A DNA stretch of 64,000 nucleotides, from contig CAVXLD010000012.1 in the NCBI GenBank assembly GCA_963762565.1, forward strand, positions 64,001-128,000, given 5' to 3'. The notes under the pieces are model-generated. The model was not told where the DNA came from and searched no databases. It saw only the letters and a list, made by a program, of their open reading frames with translations. This document shows positions 10,469 to 19,528 of this stretch, one piece after another. The position numbers were made by a program, and so were the translations under genes. Every line of letters starts with the position of its first letter. The stretch's first letter is position 1. The stretch is from an uncultured Verrucomicrobiae bacterium. Its GTDB lineage: Bacteria; Verrucomicrobiota; Verrucomicrobiia; Chthoniobacterales; JAFAMB01.

Positions 10469-11698
10469 TTAGTTTTTCCGTTGGCTCATCAGCTGGAGCA
10501 TCATCTCTACGGCTTTCGCCGCGAATGCTGGGTCATTGATATTCAAGTCGACCTCAACGATGGGGATACCGGGTTTAACGTTGGCCTCGATCGCGTCAAA
10601 AATCGCGCGATCTGCTTCCCGGTCGCAGAACGGCTGGCCGTCACCATCCAGCATTGAAACACCACGCAGCGGAATTAAGAAAGCAACCGGGCCGGTGGCC
10701 GCATTTGCTTTCTTGGCAAAGATTTCTCCCATTTGACGGTTCTCGTCCGCGTTGGTCCGCATCAGTGTTACCGACGGGTTCCATTCATAGAAAAGGCGTT
10801 TTGCTTGGCGAAACCTCTCCGGGACAGTTGATGGCGCACCGTAGTTCGCCATGTCGACACAGCCAGGAACAATCAGATGCGGTATTCCACGTTGACCGGG
10901 AGCATCGAGTCTTTCGGGGCCGGCGCTGAAAACTCCCTGACAAAGTTCATCTGCCCATTCTGTGGTGGTGATATCTAAGACGCCTTCCACCAGATCGTCG
11001 GCGACCAATGTTTCCATGGCTCGTCCTCCGGCTCCGGTAGCGTGGAACACCAGAACTTCAAAACCACGGTCGTTCAACGCCTTCCCACAAGCATTCACAC
11101 AATCCGTCGTGTTACCAAACATCGAGGCCGTGATGATAGGACGATCTTCAGGAGACTGAGGCGGCTCGTTCTGAACCATCCCGCAGATAGCACCCGCTGC
11201 TCGCGCATAGATCAGCCGGGAAATCCGATTCAACCCGGCAACATCAACGATCGATGGGATCATCGTGATGTCTTTGCCCCGCACGTAAAAGGAGACATCT
11301 CCGGAAGCCACCGTCGAGACCAGTACTTTTGGTAGTCCGATCGGGATAGAGCGCATCGCTGAAGCAATGATGGATGAACCTCCGGATCCGCCCATACCGA
11401 TGATGCCATCGAATTTGCCCTGATCATATAATTCCCGGACAAGTCGCGGCGCAGCTTGATCGAACGTTTTCATCGCCGCCCCTTTGTCCCCCTGAGCGCT
11501 GATACCGCCCAAATCGATGCCGCCCGCCTTGAGCACATCTTTGGCTTCGAAATCGACAGGGAACAAAGTCGTGGTCCCGAGGACGCCAATATTGATGGTC
11601 ATGACTTGGCAGCCCAGTCTTAGAATCTCCTGTCGCAGGAAGGCGTGATCCTCGCCTTTGGTATCGAAGGCGCCAATGACACAGATTGTTTTAGACAT
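10469..11698 (-). CDS. Tm-1-like ATP-binding domain protein (UPF0261)
   Basis: GAFDTKGED, GMGGSGG, PKVLVSTVAS, SIVDVAGLN, MFGNTT, FHATGAGG, DITTTE, NINDPAFA. Confidence 0.92.
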   Translation of the reverse strand: MSKTICVIGAFDTKGEDHAFLRQEILRLGCQVMTINIGVLGTTTLFPVDFEAKDVLKAGGIDLGGISAQGDKGAAMKTFDQAAPRLVRELYDQGKFDGIIGMGGSGGSSIIASAMRSIPIGLPKVLVSTVASGDVSFYVRGKDITMIPSIVDVAGLNRISRLIYARAAGAICGMVQNEPPQSPEDRPIITASMFGNTTDCVNACGKALNDRGFEVLVFHATGAGGRAMETLVADDLVEGVLDITTTEWADELCQGVFSAGPERLDAPGQRGIPHLIVPGCVDMANYGAPSTVPERFRQAKRLFYEWNPSVTLMRTNADENRQMGEIFAKKANAATGPVAFLIPLRGVSMLDGDGQPFCDREADRAIFDAIEANVKPGIPIVEVDLNINDPAFAAKAVEMMLQLMSQRKN

Positions 11699-11704
11699 TT
11701 GTCA

Positions 11705-12109
11705 TTACCGCGCAGCGGTCACCTTGCAGCCGGGAATCTCCCGCAGCAACCGTTCGGGCCCGGCCGGTGAGTAAACGACGATGAGCCTCATCGGTTCATT
11801 CCCGGTGTTAACGGTCGAGTGATAAATATCGGCCGGGATATAGACGCTCGCCCCGGGGCCAACCTTAACGGGAGCTTGGTCGTCCACCATCTGCTCGCCA
11901 ACTCCGGAAACGACATAGATGATCTCTTCCGATCCGGGATGATTATGTCGCGCGTGCCCTTTTCCTTGGGCCAGCTCAACGATCCCGAAACTGAAACGCT
12001 CGGCATTCGTTACCTGGGGTTCACTGAGGAAATGAATCTTTCCCCAATCAAATTCAAGCCGGTCGACGTCGTCTGTGGTGGTAATAAAACCAGATCCAAG
12101 CTTCTCCAT
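11705..12109 (-). CDS. Cupin domain protein
   Basis: Cupin motifs GHARHNHPGSEE and YIPADIYH; start moved to ATG 12109. Confidence 0.88.
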   Translation of the reverse strand: MEKLGSGFITTTDDVDRLEFDWGKIHFLSEPQVTNAERFSFGIVELAQGKGHARHNHPGSEEIIYVVSGVGEQMVDDQAPVKVGPGASVYIPADIYHSTVNTGNEPMRLIVVYSPAGPERLLREIPGCKVTAAR

Positions 12110-12265
12110 AAAGGGGGATGGGTTGTTTGATGTGGCAAAGAAATCTGGCAAGAATTTCTGCGTAACCAAATGATTTGTTTTCGCAACGCCCGATTTAAGC
12201 AGAACCGATGAGGCCCAGCATATAATTCCCATGCGTCACATAGGTCCTATCCGGTGATAGACACC

Positions 12266-12370
12266 CCACGCGACCGAATTCGAGGACGACGACGAGGACA
12301 GCTTGCCCGACGAAGCTTTATCTAGATCGGTTGGCAGCTCTGTCTGTGAGCGAAGTCGGGAGAACGACGC
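12266..12370. repeat. Intergenic repeat family F (gaggacgacgacgaggac... type)
   Basis: gaattcgaggac...agcttgcccgacgaagc...gcgaagtcggg similar to reverse complement of 53200-53340; related motif at 25790-25845. Confidence 0.65.
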
Positions 12371-13382
12371 TTACGTATCGAGCATTTCTTTTAGGACGGC
12401 GCGCAGGACAGGCCGGATATCAGCGGCTAATTCAGGATTAGCATAACCGACCCACGAAATCGGTGAGGTCGTATCCAGAGGACCATCCATCGGACTACCG
12501 TCTGGAGACTCCAATATGATCCCCGCTTCTTCTAAAACCAGCGCACCCGCGACATCATAAGGATGGCAGCAAAGCGCCGACGGGATACCCAGCTTCTTGA
12601 AAACTAAAGGCCGAATATCGGCGATCATTCGATCATGTCCCAACAGAAGCTCGCAGAATTGGCCCCCGGTGGAGATGTACTGATCTTCGAAAACAATCAC
12701 TTCCTTCCCGGTTGCAATCGGGTAAAGCCGGTCCCACACTGCCTGTTCAATCGCGGCCGTCAGTGCTTTACCCGCAGGGAAGAAACGAGAGATATAGCCG
12801 AAGCCATGAAGCATGTCAGTGGCAAGTGACGGCCTGACGGAGCGGGCGAGGATCTCACCGGTAAAGACATCGACTGAATCACTGAATAGGCCGCCGCCAC
12901 GAATCGCGGAGAACCTGTCTACGCGCCATTGTTTCGTTGTCGGTAGCTCGACCATCACCGCAACCTCGATGTCAGACAGCCTGGTCTCCGGTCCCCGTTG
13001 AGGCGCTACTCCGGCGAGAAACCAGGCCGCCCGTTTGTCGTACATGATACCTCGAGTACCGTCGATTGGGTCCAGGATAATTTTGGCGTCGGTTTGGTCT
13101 GACGGAATCTTTTCGGGAAAGGTGACCGGATTCTGTGGATCGATACCTTCCATCACTAACTCCACCGGAATCGTCGCGGGCCAATGATCAGCAAACCAGG
13201 CCGCGATCGCGTCTTCGCTGATCCGATCGATGCCGTAAATGGTATCGGCAACGCTCTCCCGCGAAATCGCGGCTAATTCCGCAGTGTCACTCGCGCGCCG
13301 CGCATTCAGCAAGCATTGACGAACATGATCGCCAAGCTGGAGTAATAGCTTCCCTGATCCGATCCGGCTCCGAGATTTTCAT
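12371..13382 (-). CDS. Inositol monophosphatase (FIG) superfamily protein; apparent frameshift near the 5' end
   Basis: ILDPIDGTRG and HPYDVAG motifs. ATG 13382 gives MKISEPDRIR, which joins KLLLQLGDHVRQCLLNARR if one base of the run at 13352-13354 is removed. Confidence 0.82.
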
Positions 13383-13444
13383 CTCTCATAAGCTACCGCT
13401 GAGTCGCAGAGACTGCTACGGCTCAACCAATTCAGCTGCTTGGT

Positions 13445-14506
13445 CTAACTCTTCAGCTCGGACTGGCGTTTGAAGATCTTTTCTCCATCGATGACTTGGT
13501 TGGCCAGCTTATTGTAGCTGTCATCATCGCTGATCAACGACCATCGATAGAATGTACGCGCTGTTTGGGCGTAACTGACTTTCTTGTATTTACCGCCTCG
13601 ATCTTTCTCCTGGCTCAGACCGGTCCGAGTGTTCCCCGTCGAATCGATCGTTCCATCCGGCAAAATCCGCGTTCTTAGCCAGTGGTTCGCAGCCTTTAAC
13701 ATCGTGAACAGCTCTTTCTTGGTCTCCTCATCTGCCACAAAGTCGTAGTACCGTTCAGCAAACACCAGGCCCACCGCGTGGTAACTGCAATCGTAGCCGC
13801 CTTTCTCCGGGTTAAATCCTGACGGATCCTGTAGGGCGCATCCATCCCGGATATACTCTTTAGAATGCTCAACCAATTGCTGGTTGTCGCAAAGGACACC
13901 TGCCATCCCCAGGGCAGCGCCTACCAAAAAACGGCGATGGGTATAAGGCGCATTGTTTTTACGACCAGGACCTTCCACGCTCGGAGTGATCATCCAGAGC
14001 GCGGCCTTAAGAATCCGCGGCTTCATCCAATCTATTTCCGCAGCATAACGATGATGATAAGAGCTGCCTCCGAGTAGCAGGCAGGCCCGCGCGCTTGCCT
14101 CGACAAAAAAAGACGTGCTATGGAACGCGTCCGGACAATCAAACCCTCCGTCCGGTCGTTGTCGTTCAAATCCCCAGTGTAAGATCTTGAGGCCGCGATC
14201 GATAGCAGCAGGATCATTTTGCGAAATTCCGGCGCTGACTGCCTCGGCTCCATAACGTTGCTCTTCGATGTACCATTTGCCGGTGTGCGTCTGTTCCCAT
14301 GTCATATTAACCGGGCCCTCGGCTCCGGTTGGTGAAATATCGGCTGCGATTTTGTCCGGATGCGCGTAAGCAGTCCGTCTCATAAAGTCGCTGTTTTCAA
14401 CTTGTAATTCGTCGTTAGCCGAGGCGAAAGCGTGCCCGGCGAACGAACCACAAAGGAATACAAACAGTAACTGCCAAACCAGCGGATAAATTGAACTCCT
14501 TTTCAT
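13445..14506 (-). CDS. Secreted hypothetical protein, probable alpha/alpha-toroid (polysaccharide-lyase-like) fold
   Basis: Signal peptide ending HAFA; helical pattern with YTHRR and NPEKGGYDCSYH; fold is inferred. Confidence 0.6.
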   Translation of the reverse strand: MKRSSIYPLVWQLLFVFLCGSFAGHAFASANDELQVENSDFMRRTAYAHPDKIAADISPTGAEGPVNMTWEQTHTGKWYIEEQRYGAEAVSAGISQNDPAAIDRGLKILHWGFERQRPDGGFDCPDAFHSTSFFVEASARACLLLGGSSYHHRYAAEIDWMKPRILKAALWMITPSVEGPGRKNNAPYTHRRFLVGAALGMAGVLCDNQQLVEHSKEYIRDGCALQDPSGFNPEKGGYDCSYHAVGLVFAERYYDFVADEETKKELFTMLKAANHWLRTRILPDGTIDSTGNTRTGLSQEKDRGGKYKKVSYAQTARTFYRWSLISDDDSYNKLANQVIDGEKIFKRQSELKS

Positions 14507-14576
14507 AGATGGTGATTTCCGTTGAATATTTAGGTTAATCTCCGGGCGTCGCTCCGGCTACGATTGAAAAGGCGCA

Positions 14577-17500
14577 TTAGTCGAACCAATTACCCGGCTG
14601 TTCGCGGAAATCGATGTAGTGGCCCTCGTTGCGGTCCCAAAGGTAGACGTTCCATAGATACGAACGAAAGACTAACCGAGCGTTCTGGCGCAGATAGAGC
14701 TGGAGTCGGCCGGCCGGATAGTTCCAGAAAATGTCCTGCCAGCGGATCGTGTCCGGTTCGCGATTATACACAACCCAGACCCGGTCATATTTGGCGAACG
14801 TCCGTTGGAGAGCGTCGATATTTCCCAGCAACTCAGCGCCACCGTTCCGATCGATCAGTTTGCCATTCTTCCGGTAGACGTAGTCATAGTAAGTGGGGAC
14901 CGCGAGATCGTAGTTTGGCCGGCGATCTTCCAGCAGAGCGGTTTGAGGATGCAGCTCAGTAATGGCTAACCTGTCTCCCGGTCGCTCGTTTGCCGCCACG
15001 AATCTCAGCGCAGCCACCGGATTGGCTTGCAGAGAAATGTCATATGAACCTGGTATTCGCCATGGCGCCCAGGAAGCGACGACCGCTGCCACACATCCAA
15101 CCGCGAAGGCCCACCGAGGCCAGACTCTGGCGGATCCCAGAACGAGAAAGCCCGCCAGCTCTTTCATCCCATGGATACAGAGTAAGATCCAAATGGCGAT
15201 CAGATAGTAGTCGTAACGGAACCCCTTTGCTGTGATCAGAATGTTAATGACGACAATACTCAGGAAGAAATAAACGTACAGACAGAGCCAATCACGCCGG
15301 CGGCGGCGAGCGGCACTGATAAAGCCTGGGATCAAGAAAAAGCTGAGCACTAGGTGCAACCGCGAATAGCCAACGAACATGGCTAGAAAATTTGTCGGTT
15401 TATCAAAGCACCAGCCGATCGTGGCATCCAAGCGAGCGCTGACACCATCCAAAGCGGTCAAACATTTAATTTGGAAGAAAGCCAGATCGAGCGCGATCAG
15501 TGCTACCGCGCAGCAACCAACCACCAGAAACCGGATCTCATCCGGCCATGATCTGCGCTGCGCAAAAAGCAGATAACAGACAAACAGCGGAAGAACGCCT
15601 AACAGAGTGATTTCCTGGCTGAAGATGGCAATAAGAAACATCAGGAGCGCCAGGTAACGGTCCCGCATCCCCGTGTTATGAACAAACCCGGTAATAAAGA
15701 GATAGACTGCTAGTAGATGGAAGAACTGCTGTTGCTGATAGAAGCGGACAATATGCGACGTAAAAATCAAATAAGGATGTATATCAAAGAGAATGAGCGC
15801 GATGAATGCCCATAGCTTGCTTCCTGTGAACCGCTCAGTCAGCTTCCACAAAAGGAACCCGGTGAGACAGGCAAAGAAGACAGTTAACAACCGCATCGCG
15901 TAAATCGAATCGTGGCTCAGAAAAGCCACCAGACCGCTCAGATAATGAAACGCCGGACTTCGGGTATACCAGACTTCAGGCTGAAAAGCCGGAATACCGG
16001 TGTGCGCAATGGCTAAGGAAGCTTGGATCGAAACTCCTTCGTCCTGATCTACCGGTTGCAGGTCGATCTGCCACGCACGCAAGACGAAACACAGTACCAA
16101 CCCTAGTGTGAGTAGGACAGGCCATAACCAACCATTTTGGCCAGCCGGCGACGCCGCGATTCGAAGCGGCGCAGACCGTCGGCCAAACCAGAGAGGAACT
16201 AACCCAGCAAGAAGAGCGCCGCCGAGAACCAGGAGGTAAGTAATGGGAAACCGCCAGTAGATTGCTTCACTCCGCTCCATCATTCCCGCTCGCAGCAGCA
16301 GAGCGATCCAGATCCAGCCGGCCACAATGGCACAAATCGGCTGACCGCGCCGAAGCAGCTCGGCGATCGGAGGAGCTTCCGCTGCAATCAGATAGAGCAT
16401 CACTCCGGCAATAAGGAAGATTGCCAAGGCGGAAGCGAACCAAGCCCGCTGTGGATAAACTGTGCCAAGGTAACGCATGGCCGGCAGCGTTGAGCTGTCG
16501 ACCGGACCGTCACAATCGGCGACGGTCGATCGGATTTCGTTCCCCTGAGGATCGGTGACCAGAACCCTGGTTTGTTCGCCGCTAGCAAAACCGGCCCCAT
16601 GGTCACCGGAAGTGTAACCACCGTCAAATGCGAAAAACGGTTTTCGACTCAAAGAATTCGTTACTGGCTGATCTTTATACAGCGCAATCTTGATCTGGTT
16701 GTGCCCAACGTGCAGCAGCGGCGTTATGGCGTAGCCAACATACTCTACCAGTCGTCGATCCCGGGACAGCTGCGGCGCCGTCGTCCGATCAGGATTCAGC
16801 GGATCTGTGTACGGATTGTGCTCGACGCCAGCCTTTGATCCTTGAGGCAAGATGTTCAAGGGAATAACGCCTTGATATTGTGGACTATTCGGCACTCCGG
16901 AGTTAGCCGATTGGTTATCCGAAAGGTAATTATTATTTGGGGCGGCGAAGTTTAGCGGATTCGTATTTACTGGGCGACCCGCTATTGTCGGAGTCCACTC
17001 TTCGATCGTGGTAGGTTGCGGCGGCTGTTCTCCTGGCAATAGGGTAGCGACATCATTTTGCTCGAACCAATCAGGCTGGTTCTCAATCAAGGATTCAATC
17101 GGGCCCGGAACCCGTTCGCGAACGAACCAAGGTCCATACTCTTGGACTCCATAGGGAATATTGGCCGTTTCCATTGGTTGGCCATTGATCCAAATCCGGT
17201 AGGGCGTATCAGTTGCTACTCTTAAAAAGGCATCCTTTGGGCGGCCGCCCACATCCATGTCTTGCTCAAGCCACGTCACCGAATTTGCATCTATTGATCG
17301 GATTCGCTTTCCGAAAAATCCATCCCGGAACACCGCATCGGGGATAATCCGCCACATCGGATTACTCCAGGAAACCGTGTTCGCGTGCCGCCAATCGAAC
17401 ACGGGCACCTTAGGATCAACCCAACTGTACTGGGGGGCTCGCAGCGGCACTGGTTCGGCTACCCAATTTGCGCCGCTATGAATCGAAATCTTCTGGCCGT

Positions 17501-18116
17501 TTGCTAGCTGGATCTCACCTGACGCAATCAGCAACGGCCGGTCAGTCGAGGTTTCAATCTCTACACAGAGCACATTATGGCCAGCATGTAGGGACGGAGT
17601 CAGGTCAGCCCAAATCGGCAATTCCAGATAATCGTGCGGGACCCACTGGTATTCCCGGGGATAAACAATGGCGATGGATTCTGACCCGGTCTGCAATTTC
17701 TGACCGATCGCGCTCAAACCATTCTGGAAAGAATGAGTTGGTGTAAAAACATAGTTCCGCACCACTCCATTCCCATTGGCCGTCAACTCGAACCCTCCGT
17801 TCACATCCAGGACGATCCACGCGTGCGCTATCTTTGACGGGATATCCAGATCGAGCCGGAAACAGCCGGTAGCTTGATGTTGCGCACTGGTGGTAATCCA
17901 GGCAGCATCTCGATCAAATTTGTACTTCTCGGGCACGATTTCCCGCGGCGCCAAGAAAGCCATGACGCAGTAGAAGATGCCCGCCAGCGCGGCGGCCGCG
18001 AGTAACACGCCTCTTAATATCCGGAACGAGACCAGCTTGAACCGCCAACGACGGGAAACGCTAGATACGCGCTCCTGCTCATGCCCGAATTCGAGTGGGG
18101 TGTTGGTCGGGTTCAT
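14577..18116 (-). CDS. Large GT-C fold (ArnT/PMT-like) membrane glycosyltransferase with two N-terminal galactose-binding-like domains
   Basis: DQDEG acidic loop, about a dozen TM helices, RFY; N-region has two repeats resembling alpha-rhamnosidase N-terminal beta-sandwiches (FELTANG..DLTPSLHAGHNVL; YRIWING..AITPLLHVGHNQI). Confidence 0.78.
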   Translation of the reverse strand: MNPTNTPLEFGHEQERVSSVSRRWRFKLVSFRILRGVLLAAAALAGIFYCVMAFLAPREIVPEKYKFDRDAAWITTSAQHQATGCFRLDLDIPSKIAHAWIVLDVNGGFELTANGNGVVRNYVFTPTHSFQNGLSAIGQKLQTGSESIAIVYPREYQWVPHDYLELPIWADLTPSLHAGHNVLCVEIETSTDRPLLIASGEIQLANGQKISIHSGANWVAEPVPLRAPQYSWVDPKVPVFDWRHANTVSWSNPMWRIIPDAVFRDGFFGKRIRSIDANSVTWLEQDMDVGGRPKDAFLRVATDTPYRIWINGQPMETANIPYGVQEYGPWFVRERVPGPIESLIENQPDWFEQNDVATLLPGEQPPQPTTIEEWTPTIAGRPVNTNPLNFAAPNNNYLSDNQSANSGVPNSPQYQGVIPLNILPQGSKAGVEHNPYTDPLNPDRTTAPQLSRDRRLVEYVGYAITPLLHVGHNQIKIALYKDQPVTNSLSRKPFFAFDGGYTSGDHGAGFASGEQTRVLVTDPQGNEIRSTVADCDGPVDSSTLPAMRYLGTVYPQRAWFASALAIFLIAGVMLYLIAAEAPPIAELLRRGQPICAIVAGWIWIALLLRAGMMERSEAIYWRFPITYLLVLGGALLAGLVPLWFGRRSAPLRIAASPAGQNGWLWPVLLTLGLVLCFVLRAWQIDLQPVDQDEGVSIQASLAIAHTGIPAFQPEVWYTRSPAFHYLSGLVAFLSHDSIYAMRLLTVFFACLTGFLLWKLTERFTGSKLWAFIALILFDIHPYLIFTSHIVRFYQQQQFFHLLAVYLFITGFVHNTGMRDRYLALLMFLIAIFSQEITLLGVLPLFVCYLLFAQRRSWPDEIRFLVVGCCAVALIALDLAFFQIKCLTALDGVSARLDATIGWCFDKPTNFLAMFVGYSRLHLVLSFFLIPGFISAARRRRRDWLCLYVYFFLSIVVINILITAKGFRYDYYLIAIWILLCIHGMKELAGFLVLGSARVWPRWAFAVGCVAAVVASWAPWRIPGSYDISLQANPVAALRFVAANERPGDRLAITELHPQTALLEDRRPNYDLAVPTYYDYVYRKNGKLIDRNGGAELLGNIDALQRTFAKYDRVWVVYNREPDTIRWQDIFWNYPAGRLQLYLRQNARLVFRSYLWNVYLWDRNEGHYIDFREQPGNWFD

Positions 18117-19516
18117 GGTTTGATGGCAGCGCGTAGGTCATCCCCGATGTGCGCGATGTCATGGTCATCGAAATCGAGTTCCGCCAGGCGACGATGCGCC
18201 GCAGCCAGAAGCGCATCCTTTTCCAAGCTCTGGAAGCTGCTGTAGATCGCTTCAAAATCCGCGACGTGCTGTTCCAGCGCGTCCTTCCGTTGCCGCCTTA
18301 GGTCGGCTAGTTGCAAAGCGTAGTTCACCTTGATGGAGGACGGGTCAATAGTCAGCAGCCGGGTTAGAGCCGCAGAAGCTTTGTCAGCAAGTCCGGCATT
18401 AAGATCCGTTAGCGCCCGGCGCAGACCGCCCCTGAAGGCTTCGTCGCGTACCGGCTCCGGATTACTGGGATCGAGTAAATCCGCATACCGGCCAGCGGCA
18501 CTGTCAATGAATCCTTCCTCTTCGTCTCGAATCGCCGTTACTAGTTTGGAAGCGGCCGAATCAACGCCTAACTTCTGGTCAAAATAACCTTCCTGAAAGA
18601 CAATGTCAGTATTGTAAGCCAGAATGGGCACGAAGGTAGTCGCCCGGTTCAACCATCGACGGGCTTCAGCGTATCGGCCAAGATCTGCAGTCTCTTCCGA
18701 CTTGGATAACTCGAGTCCCGCGATCAAAACGGGCAGCAAAAAGATTCCCCACAGCAGAACCGCACTTAGGGCAAAACCGGGTAAGATTGTTGACCACAGC
18801 TTAAGCATTGCCCTTGGTTCCGTCAGATCCAGAGTACGCCCAAAGGAAACGGCAAAAAACAGCGCCCCAAATAGGACACACCACCAACCGCGACTCACGA
18901 ACTGACAAAATGCTGGGGTGTAACCGACCAACATGACAATCGCGGGCAAGTCTGACAAATGAAGATCAAACAGACTTTTGAATTGCATCGTCGGAATCGC
19001 TTGAAACGAACGAGGTAGCACTTCCGTAACCAAAACGGCACGTTGACCGGACTGATAGGCATACTCCTCGCCGGTAAGCGAATCACCGTAAGACAGGATC
19101 ATGCTGTCGTTCTGGGCCTGCAGCCAAGCGCCGTGGGCTGTTACCCTGGCGCAACGTTGGATGGTAAACGCAGGATAAGCGATCGCGGCCAAAAGAAGCA
19201 CACCCAAACCTGCGCTAGCCAACCATCGCGACCGACCGAGCTGGTTAATCGATCGGCGACGGCTGTAGAACAGTACCCCCAAAAGAATCGCCACTATTAA
19301 GGCTTTGAAAATGATAGTCGACCATGGGTCAGCGAACGTGGCCGATACCCCGCCCTTAGCATCCGGTTTCAGTCCGGTGGGAACATGATACCAGGGCAAA
19401 ACCAAACCGGCTACAAGCAGAAGGATCGATGCTACTCGCGATAAACGGATTGCAAGCGAAAGCATGTCTTTACTATTAGCTACCTCCCCGCGGGTGTTTG
19501 GTGCGGCCGGATACAC
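18113..19516 (-). CDS. Membrane protein with C-terminal TPR-like repeats
   Basis: Several TM segments, then helical repeats (DLGRYAEARRWLNRA, AGLADKASAALTRLLTIDP); 4-nt overlap with GT-C gene. Confidence 0.7.
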   Translation of the reverse strand: MYPAAPNTRGEVANSKDMLSLAIRLSRVASILLLVAGLVLPWYHVPTGLKPDAKGGVSATFADPWSTIIFKALIVAILLGVLFYSRRRSINQLGRSRWLASAGLGVLLLAAIAYPAFTIQRCARVTAHGAWLQAQNDSMILSYGDSLTGEEYAYQSGQRAVLVTEVLPRSFQAIPTMQFKSLFDLHLSDLPAIVMLVGYTPAFCQFVSRGWWCVLFGALFFAVSFGRTLDLTEPRAMLKLWSTILPGFALSAVLLWGIFLLPVLIAGLELSKSEETADLGRYAEARRWLNRATTFVPILAYNTDIVFQEGYFDQKLGVDSAASKLVTAIRDEEEGFIDSAAGRYADLLDPSNPEPVRDEAFRGGLRRALTDLNAGLADKASAALTRLLTIDPSSIKVNYALQLADLRRQRKDALEQHVADFEAIYSSFQSLEKDALLAAAHRRLAELDFDDHDIAHIGDDLRAAIKP

Positions 19517-19528
19517 CCATCACCCCGT

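Noticed and set aside
9401..11698. Tm-1-like genes as an anti-phage system
   Set aside because: The context is metabolic, with no defence or mobile genes nearby; kept only as an alternative hypothesis.
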